Source: Mobula birostris (lineage: Eukaryota). From it: a stretch of DNA of 64,000 nt. The position numbers and the translations under genes were made by a program. The DNA lies in NCBI RefSeq assembly GCF_030028105.1, contig NC_092374.1, positions 19,722,630-19,786,629 on the forward strand. Reading direction: 5' to 3'. This document shows positions 25,126 to 38,884 of the stretch, one piece after another. The notes beneath the pieces are model-generated. The model saw only the letters and a program-made list of their open reading frames with translations, made no database searches and was not told the DNA's origin. Each line of letters starts with the position of its first letter. Position 1 is the stretch's first letter.

Positions 25126-26894
25126 TCACTTAAAAAAATTTCATTACTTGGGCATAAAGAATCAGAAGCTATCTTTTTTTGTAATTTATTTTTTATTGAA
25201 TTTCATCATTAAACAAACATTTCCATAAGATGTATTTCAGATACTGTACATATAGAACATAGAACATAGAATAGTACAGCACAGCACAGGCTCTTCGGCC
25301 CACAATGTTGTGCCGACCTTCAAAGCCTGCCTCCCATATAAGCCCCCACCTTAAATTCCTCCATTTGGGCCCCTTATCTTAGAAAGGACGTGCTGAAATT
25401 GGAGAGGGTTCAAAGGAGTTTCTCTATATATCATATAATCATATTTGTCACAGATCTCCATTTAATATTTATCTGAGAGGCTATCTTAAAGACACATACA
25501 CAATTGTATCAGAAATAAACAGGCTAGATTTAGGGTGGATATTCCTAATAGTTGGAGAGTCCAGAACCAGGGACAAAGCCTCAGAAAATGGACTACGCCA
25601 TTTAGAACTAAGATGAGTCTTAAACCTGTGGAATTCCATCATTGAAGGCAATGGAGGCCATGAATGGTCTCCTCCTGGTCCTACTTTCATTGGCATGTAC
25701 TTGGTTCCATATGCTTAATTGTGATGTGACATCATTTTCGCAACAGAATTGAAATTTGGGGCACCATACACTGGTAGAATCAAGTCACAAAGACACACAG
25801 TATGGAAACAGGCCCTTCAGCCCAACTCATCAATGCCAACCAATCTGCCTACCTAAGCTGGTCCCATTTACCGGCATTCTGCCTGTAGCCCTCTAAAACT
25901 TCTGTATTCATATCCATGTCCGAATGTCTTTTAAAAGTTGTTACTGTACTTGCCTCAACCACTTCCTCTGGCAGCGCATTCCACATACCCACTATTGATC
26001 TCTCTCTCTTTTATCTTGTCATTTCATGCTCATTATTTATTGCTATTTCTGCACTTGCACAGTTAGTTGTCCATTGATCCTGTTTGCAGTTTCTGTTCTA
26101 TAGATTTGCTAAGGATGCCCACAGAAAAAGAATCTCAGGGTTGTATGTGGTGACATGTATGCACACTGATAATAAATTTTCCTTTGAACTTTGTACTTTT
26201 CTCTCTCTCTCTCTCTCTCTTCATATAAAGTCCTCATTCAAATACTTCACTGTAAGATATTTATTTAATAATTGCTCCTGTGAAGCAGCTTGAAATGTTT
26301 TAATACATTATAAGTGCTAGGTAAATGGAAGCTCTTTCTGCATAGCATTTTTTTTAAAATACAAGCCAGCATTGTGGGCTTAATTTACTCGTGGGCGGCA
26401 ATTTTCTTGTCAACAGTTAAGAGCTAAGGAAATGTTTCCACAGTTTTGTCCATGCTGGCATGAGTAGGTTGGTGTTGTTGTAGAGCTGAGGAAACAGTGA
26501 CTGTAAGGGCAGAGGAAGGCCCTGGAACATCTATAGCTCCATTTCTTTTAGTTAATAATCGTCATTCATACTGAAAAGGTTCAAATCCACAGTGATGTAG
26601 CTAGTAGATTTGCTGCTTCGCCCATTTTCAATCCTGACCTCTGGTGCTAACAGTGGAGAGTTTACATCTTCGCCCCGTTACCTACCAGATGCATTGGTTG
26701 CCTCCCACACCCCAAAGACATGCTGGCTAATAGGTCAATTGGCCTCTGAACATTACCCTTGATGTAGGTGAGTAGGAATAATCAGGAGGTGTTAATGAGC
26801 ACCTGAGTGAAATTAGGTCAGAGGGAAATAAGTGGGGGAATGGGATTGGTCTGAGAATCAGAATGAACTGACCATAAGACCATAAGATATACAT

Positions 26895-27462
26895 ATAATG
26901 GCCACTTGTGTGTTTGTCCTGTATCTGCTGTACCTAATAAAGTGGCCACTGAGTATATGTAGTGGTCTTCTGCTGCAGTATCCCATCCAAATCTAGGTTT
27001 GATGTGTTGTACATTCAGAGGTGTTCTTCTGCACACTGCTTTTGTAACACGTGGTTATTTGAGTTACTGTCACCTTCCTGTCAGCTTGAACTAATCTGGC
27101 CTTTCTCCTCTGACCTCACTCATTGACAAAACACTTCTGTCCAAAGAACTGCCACTCACTTCTTTTTGTTTCTCCCACCATTCTCTGTAAACTCTAGAAA
27201 CTGCTGCGCATGAAAATCCCAGCTGCTCAGCGGTTTCTGAGATACACAAACCACCCCATCTGGCACCAACAATCATTCCATGATCAAAGTCACTTAGATC
27301 ACATTTCTTCCCCATTCTGATGTTTGGTCTGAAAAACTACTGAACCTCTTGACCATGGGTGTGTGCTTTTATGCATTGAGTTGCTGCCACATGATTGGTT
27401 GATTAGCTATTTGCATTAATACACAAGTGTACAAGTGTACCTAATAAAAAGGACACTGGGTG
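26895..27462 (-). mobile_element. Tc1 derivative family A
   Basis: ORF 27091..27315(-) MGKKCDLSDFDHGMIVGARWGGLCISETAEQLGFS; TIRs present. Confidence 0.85.
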
Positions 27463-27689
27463 TAGGAGCAGAATTAGGCCATTTGGCTCATTGAGGCAAC
27501 TCTGCTATTCGGTCATGGCTGATTTTTATTCTTATTCAAACCCATTTCCTTGCCTTCTCCCCAAAACATGATCAAGAACCTATCAACCTCAGCTTTAAAT
27601 ATACCCAATGACTTGGTCTCTGCAGCAGTCTGTGGCAATCAATTCCATAGATTCCCCACCTGAGTGGGATGAAAGCCTTATTTCTATGA

Positions 27690-28180
27690 ATTGAATTGAC
27701 TTGACTTTATTTCTTACATTCTTCACGTGAGGAGTAAAACTCTTTACGTTACGTCTCCCTCTGACTGTGCAATTTATAGTAATTTGTAATAAATAGAATG
27801 TACAACAGGACAGTCAATATAACACAGAAATACAATTGTATCAGTGTGAATTAATCAGTCTAATGGCCTGGTGGAAGATTGTTGTTCCAGAGCCTGTGGT
27901 CCTGGCTTTAATGCTGCGGTACTGTTTCCTGGATGGTAGCAGCTGGAATAGTTTGTGGTTGGGGTGACTCCAGTCCCCAGTGATCCTTCAGGCCCTTTTT
28001 ATGCACCTGTTCCTGTAAATGTCCTGAATAGCAGGAAGTTCACATCTACAGATGCACTGGGCTGTCTGCATCACTTTCTGCAGAGTCCTGTGATTAAGGG
28101 AGGTACAGTTCCCATACCAGGCAGTAATGCAGCCAGTCAGGATGCTCTCAATTGTGCCCCTGTAGAAAGTCTTTAGGATT
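27690..28180 (-). mobile_element. Rex/Babar-type LINE 3' fragment
   Basis: Reverse strand encodes decayed FYRGTIESILTGCITAWYGN; short tandem tail near 27690. Confidence 0.75.
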
Positions 28181-28732
28181 GGGGACTCATGTACAAGAAT
28201 TGAGTCGAATGATACTTATTTTCAATTTTCCTCACGTATCCACACGAAATGACATCATGCATGTGTGTTCTCATTCCTAAAATCACTGCTAAAGGAGAAG
28301 ATATGAAAATCAAATTCAGCCCAAGCGCCAAGTTTTCCTCTGTGGATCAGTATGAACGTTAGTTAAAAGGATAATAAAACATCTTGGAATGAACACTCCT
28401 GTGCAGTGTCCCCCCTAGAATTTATTGGACAAATAGAAGGTTGACAAAGACTTTTTCCCATCACCCCACACTTTTGGCTGATTCTGCATTTGAATTTTGA
28501 TCCCCAAAATATTGCTTCTTATCCTATAATTAAAATTAGATAAAGTACTGTCTTAATAACTTTCCATTTTACCAACTTAAAAATGAGGATTCTACCATTC
28601 ATTTGTTTGTTTATCTACGCTCAGTAGCCACTTTATTAGGTACACCTGTACACCTGCTTGTTAATGCAAATATCTAATCAGCCCAACAGTAATGCATAAA
28701 AGCATGCAGGCATGGTCAAGAGGTTCAATTAG

Positions 28733-29754
28733 TCAAGAAAATCAGCAGTTGTTGGAAATCCAAGCAACACACAAAAAATGTTGGAGGAACTCAGCAGGCC
28801 AGGCCTCATCTAGGGAAAAGAGTAAACAGTCAACATTTCGGGCTGAGACCCTTCATCAGGATTGGAAAAAAAATGAAAAGTTAAAGCTAGAAGGTGGAGA
28901 GGAGGGGAGGAAGAAGTACAAAGTGGTAGATGAAACGAGGAGAGGAGAGGGATGAAGTAAAGGGCTGGGAAGCAGAATAGGTGAAAGAGATAAAGTGCTG
29001 GAGAAGGGAGAATCTGATAGGAGAGGGTAGAAGACCATGGAAGAAAGGGAAGGGGGAAGATCACCAGAGGGAGGTAATGGGTGGGTAAGGAGATAAGGTG
29101 AGAGAGGGAAAGGGGAATGGGATTGGTGAAGGATGGAGGGGGACAATTACCAGAAGTTCAAGAAATCGATGTTCATGCCATCAGGTTGAAGGCAACCCAG
29201 GTGGACCATACTGTAAGGTGTTGATCCTCCAACTTGAGTGTGTCCTCATCACAGCAATAGAAGAGGCCATGGACTAACATGTTGAAATAGGAATGGGAAG
29301 TAGAATTGAAGTGGGTGACCAGCCTGAGATCTCACTTCTTCTGGTGGACAGAGTATAGGTGCTTGGTGAAGCAACCTCCTAATCTACGTCTTATCAATAT
29401 TGGTCTTACCAATATACAGGAGGCCACACTGGGAGCACTGGATACAGCAGTTGACCCAACAGACTCACAGTTGAAATGTTGCATCACCTGGAAGGACTGT
29501 TTGGGGCCTGGAATGGGAGGAAGTATAGGGGCAGGTACGGCACTTGTTTTGTTTCCAAGGATAAGTACCAGGAGAGAGATCGGTGGGGAGAATGAATGGA
29601 CATATGAGTTGTGTAGGGAGCGATCCCTGTGAAAAACAAAAAGTGGGAGGAAGGGAAAGATGGGTTTGGTAGTGGGATCCCATTGGAGATGGTGGAAGTT
29701 ACAGAGAATTATGTGCTGGATGCGAAGGCTACTGCGGTGGTAGGTGAGGACACT
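28733..29754 (-). mobile_element. PLE 3' fragment (~1 kb)
   Basis: HIILCNFHHLQWDPTTKPIFP...FHRDRSL, GPKQSFQVMQHFNCES; terminal repeat with hammerhead motif. Confidence 0.88.
28827..28864 (-). ncRNA. Minimal type I hammerhead ribozyme motif (PLE-borne, partly decayed)
   Basis: Minus strand: caatc CTGATGA agggtctcagccc GAAA tgtt gactg. Confidence 0.6.
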
Positions 29755-30309
29755 TAATGCATAAAAACATGCAGATCTGGTCAAGAGGTTTAGTTGTTGT
29801 TCAGACCAAAAACCAGAATGAGGAAGAAATGTGATCTAAGTAACTTAGACCGTGGAATGATTGTTGGTGCCAGACAGGGTGGTTTGAGTATCACAGTAAC
29901 AGCTGACCTGCTGGGATTTTCACAAACAATAACCTCTATAGTTTACAGAGAATGGTGCAAAAAGCAAAACGCATCCAGTGAGCAGCAATTGTGTTGGTGA
30001 AAAGGTCTTGTTAATCAGAGAGGGCAGAGGAGAATGGATAGACTGTTCAGCACAATGTCACAGGCCGAAATGCCTGTATGGTGCTGTAGTGGTCTATGTT
30101 CTACTCAAATATTTCCTTTGCATGTCCTACTGCCAAATTTATGATGGTTCTGTACTGCAGGTTGGGTCATTTTGTAAAATTGAGGGTGCTTCTTTATTAA
30201 TACAAGGTAATGTTGATTTCGTACATTAAAGAAATGAGTAACACACAGTTGTTGTGTGATATCATGGGGTTGCAAAATTTAGCTTCTTATGTCTATTGAT
30301 GTGTAGGGG

Positions 30310-30900
30310 AGAGTATATTGACCTGTTGCATCAAGGCCTGGTATGGAACGTCAATGCCCTTGAACAGAAAATCCTTCAGAAAGTAGCAGATAGAGCCTAG
30401 ACCATCACGGGTAAAGTCTTCTACCTTTGAGCACATCTATACGGAGCGCTGTTGCAGGAAAACAGCGTCCATCATCAAAAACCCCCACTACACAGCTCAG
30501 CCTCTTCTCGCTGCTGCCATCAGGAGGAAGGCACAGGAGCCTCAGGACTTACACCACCAGGTTCAGGAAGAGTTATTACCCATCAACCATCAGGCTCTTG
30601 AACAGGTGTGTTTAACTTCACCTAACTTCACTTACCCTATCACTGAACTTTTCCTGCAACCTATGGACTCACTCGCAAGGTCTCTTCATCTCATGTTCTT
30701 GAAATTTATTGTTTATTTGTTATTATTATTATTATTTCTTTTCTATTTGCACAGTTTGTTATCTTTAGCACATTGGTTGTTTGTCCATCCTGTTACCTTG
30801 ATTCCATTATGGTGTGGACTTTCTGAGTATGTCCACAAGAAAATGAATCTCAGGGTTGTATATAGCGACATATATGTGCTTTGACAATCAATTTAGTTTG
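30310..30900 (+). mobile_element. Rex/Babar-type LINE 3' fragment
   Basis: LFSLLPSGGRHRSLRTYTTRFRKSYYPSTIRLLN. Confidence 0.8.
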
Positions 30901-32784
30901 GCTTCGACAAATCCTACTCTTTGTTACCTGAAAGCAGAACAGTTAACGAACCTACAATGGAAAACCCAGGCAGCAGATGTGACAGCCATTCTGATTGCTA
31001 CCATGTCCGAAAGCTACCATGTTATTTTCACGACTGTTTCCACTGGGTGCGTCGATGCTGACATAATCCTAGGGGCACGAAGATGGTAAACACCAGCGGG
31101 AGGGAGCTCTGGTTATTACAGCCATAGCAGGAAGATACAACCCATCTGTTCAGTCAGCAGGTGTAATTGTATTGCATCAGACACAGCTACAGAGGCAGAA
31201 AATTTAATGCTCCATATGGAACTAGGACTGAGAAAATTATTTGTTTACTTTGCAATGAGCAAGGCAAACGTGGCGGAAATACTGCTGATCCCTGAGAAAG
31301 CACCAACTAATATAACTATTTGTAAAGGGTATTTAGATGAAGTTTCAATGATTCGCAGTAAGTGTCTTTATTTTTTTTGCAGCAGGTCTTATACATTACA
31401 AGCTCCTTATTTTCTAACAGAATAAGATGTCTAAAAGTGGTGATAACCCTGGATTATTTTGTGGATTAGGCAAGTGCCGAGATCAGGAATGGTTAATGGT
31501 ACAAGCGCAGATTTACATGCAACATGAACAGATGATGATCCGTGTATTCATTGTTTCTCAGATCAACAATATTGGATTAGTGTCCGCGGATTACAATGGC
31601 TTTAGAAACAGCAAAAGGCACAAACAGAGCCTTTAGCACCAGACTGCAAGCAAACTGCCAGATTCACTCCTCCCCTGACGGCCTTGCCTCTTCCTCCAAT
31701 CTGTTAAGATTTTCAGATGGGTTATTATCGCAGAAATATTACACACCAACTGATCGATGATAAATTCATCCAGTGATTTGGTCAAGTGGTTATGCAACAG
31801 GGAGACAGGCCCTTCAGCCTAGGCTGACCATGCTGACCAACAAGCACCCACTTACACTCTACACTAACCCCATGTTATTCTCTCCACTCTCCCATCAATT
31901 CTTCACAGAATCTATGGATTAGGGTCAACTTACAGTGACCAATGAACCTGCCAACCAGAGTGGCCTTGGGATGTAGGAGAAAGCTAGGGCAGTCATAGAA
32001 AATCCATACAGTTACAGGAAGAACATGCAATCTCAACATAGACATCACCAGAGGGCGGGATTGAACTCAGGTTGCAGGGCCGTTGTACCACCTAACTATC
32101 AGTTAATTCAGCCAAGCTGCATGCATGGAAAATTAAACAGAATTCATTCCCTGTGAAATTTCACCACGAAGTTTTACGCCAACCCCAAATATTGAGTAAA
32201 GCAGTAACACCACTTCCTGTCTTCTCCCTTGCTCCAATAAGTAAAAATCCCATTACTCAGCCTACAACAGTGCAACACGCTAGTGCCTTTTGCCTGCAAT
32301 AAAACACCTTATGGTATGGTATAAGTGAAGGAGGAGCATCTTTTTGTTCCTGCAGACTTCTGGAAATGAGAGCGCTATTCTTGAGTACTTGACTGCCAGA
32401 ACATACATGGTAGGTCAAAGAACCTGCCTCTACGTCATATTACTCCATGAACCAACTAGTGGGACGTTGCTATGCTGGGAACTTAGATCGGGGCTTATTT
32501 TTGGCTGCTGTCTCAATGTCTCAACCAATTCAAAACATTACAGAAATTCAATCTGTGTTGAATGGAAACTGGGACTAAAATTCTACAATCACCTGGGCTG
32601 GTCTTACAATTTTCTGGGGAATTGCACTGAATAAGCCAAACTAAGGAGGAATAACTTCCAGTGGCATATTCCAATAAAATATTCATATTAATAACAAATA
32701 GGTAACAAGGCACATCTTCCTCCCTGACACCAAGATACAGCTTGATTTTGTGCACAAGTGAAGGCAGAATATAGGTCTGCGTAC

Positions 32785-33280
32785 CTCAGAGTCGGCATCA
32801 AGTTTATTATCACTGAAACAGGTCATAAAGTTTGTTGTTTTGCTACAGCAGTACAAAGCAACATACAAAAATTACTCTATGTTACAAAAGTAACTCGTAC
32901 AAATGATGAATAATAAAGTAGCACTCAGGGGCCATTCACAAACCTGATGGTGGAGGAGGTGAAGCTGTTCCTGAAACCTTGGGTGTAAGTCTTCATGCTC
33001 CTCCTTCTCCTCTGGATGGTAGTAATGAGGAGGGCAAGTCCCAGGTGGTAAGGGTCCTTAATGATGAATGCTGCCTTCCTGGGGCACGGCGTCTTGAAGA
33101 TACCCTTGATGGTGGGGACAGCTGTGCCCACGATGGAGCTAGCTGAATCTTCAACTCTCTGCAGCCTCTTCCAATCCTGTGCATTGGAGCCTCCATACCA
33201 GACTATGATGCATCCAGTCAGAATGCTCGCCAATGTACACGCAAAGAAACCTGCAAGAGTGTTTGGTGACACACCAAATA
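32785..33280 (-). mobile_element. Rex/Babar-type LINE 3' fragment
   Basis: SILTGCIIVWYGGSNAQDWKRLQRV...IIKDPYH. Confidence 0.85.
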
Positions 33281-33496
33281 TCCCATCTCTCAATTTGAGT
33301 AGCCTGCCCACAGAACCTATACTACTTTAAACTGGCAGAGGCACAGCAAGCTCCATCCAGACAAGGCTCAGAGAATGGCATAAGGATTAATTTTTAGTGA
33401 CTTGTTTGTTACTTTTCAATATTTTAACTTTTTATTACACCAATGTTCTGCTCACAAACAGATCTTTTAATTAATTTTCTTGATATTTTTTCTCTT

Positions 33497-33960
33497 GGGT
33501 GGCAATGTGAAGATACACCTCTACCAAAGGATGTGTTAGACGCTCTTTTCCTCTGCTAGCCTACAGGTCACCCTTGGCACCCCTGGGCAGGGTGTAGCAT
33601 TGCTTACCACTACCCCCCTCCACCCCAGATCAGGGTCACATGAAGCCATGGGTGCAGGTCATAGATGGTTATATGAGCAGCTGGTGCATATCACAGGTCC
33701 TGGTTATGCAACCACTGTCACTGGGCAGACAATCTCTGAAGAGTATTGATAATGGCTGGGGTCACCTGTCTTGAAGAAGGCAATGGTAAACCACTTCTGT
33801 AGAAAAATTTGCCAAGAGCAATCCTGGTCATGGATTTAGAAAAGAATAAGAACAACAGCATGAAGGGAGTCTTCCCTAAAGGCAACACTCAGTTTAAAGA
33901 CAGATGGAAGACCGTGATCGCCCACGTCATACAACACAGCGAATAAAGATGGTGATGATT
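33497..33960 (+). mobile_element. RTE-related short retroposon (copy of 3745-4110)
   Basis: Similar to reverse complement of 3745-4110. Confidence 0.6.
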
Positions 33961-34349
33961 TTTTTTTCTTAAATAATATTCACAAAGAATGGTTTTAATA
34001 ATATCTGCTGAGCTTGGGGACAAAGCCCTACCACCTGCCAGTGTCATGTTATGAGTGCAGCCTGTTCTAAGAGAGCAAATACTGTACTGTATATTGTAGC
34101 ACCGTGAAGTGCTGAGAGCCAGGATTTTGCCATACACTGCAGCCAGGGCCACTTTGGAAAAAAACAACTTCTTCCCCTCTGTACTTACTTCTTTTATTTA
34201 ATATGTGCAATATTTTTCCTCTTTTGCACATTGAATGGTTGCCAATCTTTATTATGTATAGTTTCTTTACGTAAATTCTAATGCGTTCCTTTATTTTCCT
34301 ATAAATGCCCGTAAGAAAATAATCCCATATATATAGTAACATATATGAG

Positions 34350-34888
34350 ACTGTGCAAAGGACTTATGTACATATATATATAGCTAGGGTGTCTAAGACT
34401 TTTGCACAGTGCTGTATTTTTCAATGTGGAGCAGAGAGCGAGTTTGTAAATCTGGTGGGAGCAAAGGATGCTTGGAATGATGAGGGTGGAGCGCCATGGG
34501 AGGAGTGAGGGACAGGTGCAAGAGAAGGACTGCCAGGAGTGGGGTTAGCACAGGTACAGACACACCCAGCCCTGAGACACCAGGCAAGGTCATTTGATTC
34601 CAAACAATTGGTTTATTGATCACTACAGAATGTCTCTCAGTTGCTTCCTGCTCCCTCCTCTCTCCCTTCCCTTTTTCCAAACCATGACTCCCCTCTCCCT
34701 GCTCTTTCCCACTCAGTCCACAATAGAAACCCATATCAAAATTATGTTTATCATCTCTCACAAATGTCATGAAATTTGTTTTTTTGCATCAGCAGTGCAA
34801 TGCAATACATAAAATTGCTAAGGCACTGTGCAAATATTTGAGGCATCCTAGCTCTATATATGTGCTCTAAGACTTTTGCACAGTTCTG
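34350..34888 (-). mobile_element. Hairpin-ended composite MITE family B, full length
   Basis: Hairpins at 34350-34414 and 34824-34888 flank the shared body. Confidence 0.85.
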
Positions 34889-35904
34889 TACATACTTCGA
34901 TAATAAGTTGGCTTTCAACTTCGAACTTTTGAATCAACACCCATCAGCCTCTCAGGCAGTGCATTCCAAGATCATAACGATCTCAGGGCATAAAAACACC
35001 AGCAGCTCAAAAGAGATTGGATCTTCTATGTTTGTGCCTTCGGTAAGGCTTCAATGACTGCATCGGAATATTATCATTCTGACTCATCTCTAACAAAGTG
35101 TTATAAACGGGCTCAATAAGGAGCCTTGAGGGATTAATATCAAATTAAAAATGAGACATGAGCTAAGTCTGTACTAAGTATTTAGGATCATTAGGTACTC
35201 ATGTGAGTTGAGCAGCTCAGAAAGTTAATTTTAGCTCCTCACAACCATTAATAAAACAAACAAATCACTAATATTATAGGCACATAAAAATTGTCATGAT
35301 GCACTTCTTGAGGGAAAATAACTTTCGAGAGACCAAGCATTTTGTATTTTATAATCAACATTACTCAACCAAGCCATTGCATAAACCACCTACAGAATAG
35401 TTTATTTTTACATGAATTGAATAAACATTTGTATGATACCAATATTCGCATGGGACAATAGTATTTCATCATCCTGATCTATAAACTGCTTTCTTACAAA
35501 TCATTGTTGATAATGTATTCAGTTATTTAAGCATACCTGGGGATATAAACCACCCATGTTCCCTTACTTCAGGTAGAGTGCTTGTCATCAGAGAAAAAAA
35601 TACAACAGTCAGGAGATCCTCAAATCTGGAGCAAAAATGCAAACTGTTCAGTGGATCAGGCAGCATCTGTGAAGGAAGGGGGATGTTTGATGTTTCAGGC
35701 TTACTGGAGACCTGGTTCAGGGTCACAACCTGAAATGTTGACCCTCCTTTTAGCTCGACAGTTGACCCAATGAGTTCCTCAAACTCATTGTTAACAGCTG
35801 TTCTATCCCATCAAAATCTCACCCATTTTGGAGTTCTGACTACCTTACCTGTAAAACAAATCCATGAATATTTCAAGTTCTACGGAGGTTGTACATTTTA
35901 CTCT

Positions 35905-36520
35905 CTTAAGACCAAAAGACCATAAGATATAGAAGCAGAAATAGGCGATTCGGTCCATCAAGTCTGTTCCACCATTCATTCCTCGGCTGATCCAAGTCTT
36001 CCGGTCGTCCCCACTCCCCTGCCTTCTCTCCAAATCCTTTGATGTCCTGGCTTATCAAGAACCTGTCTATCTCTGCCTTAAATGCACCCAATGCCATGGG
36101 CTCCACAGTTGCTTGTGGCAACAAATTCCACAGATTTACCACCCTCTGACTAAAGTAATTTCTCTGCATCTCTGTTCTAAATGGACATTCTTCAATCCTA
36201 AAGTCGTGAAATCCTCTTATCCTAGGTTCCCCTACCATGGGAAATAATTTTGCCATATCTCATCTGTTCAGGCCTTTTAATATTCGGAATGTTTCTATGA
36301 GATCCTCCCCTCATTCTCCTGAACACCAGGGAATACAGCCCAAGAGCTGCCAGACGTTCCTCATATGGTAACCCTTTCATTCCTGGAATCATTCTCGTGA
36401 ATCTTCTCTGAACCCTCTCCAATGTCAGTATATCCTTTCCAAAATAAGGAGCCCAAAACTGCACACAATACTCCAAGTGTGGTCTCACAAGTGCCTCATA
36501 GAACCTTAACATCACATCCC
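35905..36520 (-). mobile_element. CR1 LINE 3' fragment
   Basis: LVRPHLEYCVQFWAPY...LERVQRRFTRMIPG; FSQRVVNLWN. Confidence 0.92.
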
Positions 36521-36872
36521 TCTTAGTTGATCCACTGCTATTATTAAGTAAGTTGCCTCCTCATTACTTAAATTTTGTGCGGATACTGGTGTGCAATTAA
36601 TGAGAAAATCTACATCTTATTTTTTCTTGTAGTTACACAGCACCTTAAATATAGTAAATATATCAGGTTTCTTAAACAGCATAAGGCACAGGAGAAGAAT
36701 TAGGCAACTGAGCCCATTGATTTGATTTGTTTTCCCTCTCAACCGCACTCTCCTGTTTTCTTCTAACCATCAACTTCCTTACTAATCAAGAATCTATCAA
36801 ACTCTGCTTTAAATCTACTCAGTGACTGGGCCTCCACAGTTATCTGTGGCAATAAATTCAACAGATTTACCA

Positions 36873-38068
36873 CCTCCCATGGCTACCTTAACTATACCTC
36901 TTTCCACCCTGTCTCTTGCAAAAATGCTTTTCCCTTTTCTCAGTTCCTTTGTCTCTGCCACATTTGTTCCCAGGATGAGACTTTCCTTTACAAGACATCA
37001 GAGATGTCCTCCTTCTTCTAAGAATGGGGTTTCCCTTCTTCCATCATTGATACTGCTCTGACTCACAACTCCTCCATTTTCCGGACATCCGTACTCACCC
37101 CATCTTCCTGCAGCCTTAACAGTGACAGAGTTCCACTTGTCTTCCCCTACCACCCCATGAGCCCCCGCTTCTAACGTAACATTCTCTGCAACTTCCAACA
37201 TCTCCAAAGGGATCCTACCAATGCACATATCTCAACCTTTCCCCCCTCTCTCTGCTTTCTGCAGGGATCCACGATTCCCTTGTCCATTCGTCCCTCCCCA
37301 CTAACCTCCCTCCTGGCACTTATCCCTGAAAGCGGCCAAAGCGCGACACCAGTCCATTCGCCTCCTCTTTCCCCTCTATTCAGGGCCCCAAACAGTCCTT
37401 TCAGGTGAGGCAACACTTCACCTGCGAATCTGCTGGCGTCGCCTATTGTATCCGGTGCTCCTGATGTGGCATCCGCGACAGTTGTGAAACCCCTCCTAAA
37501 TTGGGGGGCTGATTCCTCTCCATCTACCAAAAGCAGAACTTCCATGCAGCCAAATATTTTAATTCCGATTCCCACTGCTGTTCTGACGTTGTCCATGGCT
37601 TCCTCTTGTGCCATGATGAGGCCACCCTCAAGGTGGAGCAGCCTACATCCTGATGGCATGAATGTCGAATTTTCCTTCTAGTAAACAAAACTACCCCCCA
37701 CTTCTATTCCCCACTCTGTCCTCTTAGCTCTTCTCTACCTGCCCATCACTTCCCCTGAGCCCCTTCCTCCTTCCATTTCTCCTATGGTCCACTCTCTTCT
37801 CCTATCAGATTCCTTCCTCTCCAGCTCTTTACCTTTCCTACCCGCCTGGCTTCACCTATCACCATCCAGCTATCTTCCTTTCCCTTCCCCCCCAACTTTC
37901 TATTCTGGCATGTACCCGCTTCATTTACATTCCCAAAGAAGAGTCTCAGCACAAAAAAAATCAACTGTTTATTCATTTCCATAGATGCTGCCTGACCTGA
38001 TGAGCTCCTCCAGCATTTCGCGTGTGTTGCTTTGGATTTCCAGCATCTGCAGAATTTCCTTTGTTTAT
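36873..38068 (+). mobile_element. PLE 3' fragment (RT thumb to GIY-YIG plus terminus) inside a CR1, 9-bp TSD
   Basis: Decayed YLNYTSFHPVSCKNAFPFSQFL; TSD gatttacca at 36864-36872 and 38069-38077. Confidence 0.85.
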
Positions 38069-38641
38069 GATTTACCATCCACGCTGGCTAAAGAAATTCT
38101 TCTTCATCTCTGTTCTAAAGGGAAGTCAATCTATTCTAAGGCTGTGCCCTCTGGTCCTAACTCTCCCCTGTAGGAAACGTCCTCTCCACATCCTTCTGGT
38201 TAAAGAAATTCTTACTTTTGTCTATTCTAAAGGGACATGTATTCTGAGACTGTACCCTTTGGTGCCAGATTCTCCCACTAATGGAAACATCCTCTCCCCA
38301 TCCATTCCATCTAAGCCTTTTAATATTTCGTACTTTTCAATGAGATCCCGCCACCCCATATTCTTCTAAGTTCCGGTGAGAACAGACCCAGAGCCATCGT
38401 ACATTAACCTTTTCATTCCTGGAAATATTCTTGTAAGCCTTTTCAGGACCTTCTCCAATATCAGCATGTTATCTTAGATATGGGGGTCAAAACTAAAAGG
38501 AAGATATTCAGGGGGAAAAAATTAACACTGTTTGAAAGTGCTTCCATACAAAAACATTATAAAATGGAAAAAGGGGAGATAGAAAAGTTAGAGAGATTTA
38601 GGGACAGAAGTCCAGAATTTAGGGCTTGGTAGCTAGGTAAC

Positions 38642-38884
38642 TGTTATGTTTTGTAACTCCAAAACATTAAACTAATTGCAAAGAAAATGAAAGAGCTGGG
38701 AATGTGAGTCTAACTTCATTTTTTTTTTAACTTTAAGTGAGGCGTGCACATATCATGTGACGACGAGATAGTGTATGCCATTTACATACTTCTACAGATA
38801 GCCCTCAATGCATTACATAAACAACGAAGAATGCATAATCAAACATTATATTTGCAGTACTATTGAAATATTAAATACACTGCA
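38642..38884. mobile_element. Probable solo LTR (243 bp)
   Basis: TG...CA ends with 5-bp TSD gtaac at 38637-38641 and 38885-38889. Confidence 0.7.

Larger units (their letters stand above)
28617..30045 (+). mobile_element. Tc1 derivative family A split by a PLE
   Basis: TIR at 28617; transposase N-terminus resumes at 29794 (MRKKCDLSNLDRGMIVGARQGG). Confidence 0.8.

Noticed and set aside
32356-32409. Plus-strand 54-nt exon-like segment (TSGNESAILEYLTARTYM)
   Set aside because: Good splice signals but no partner exons or homology; expected by chance in 64 kb.
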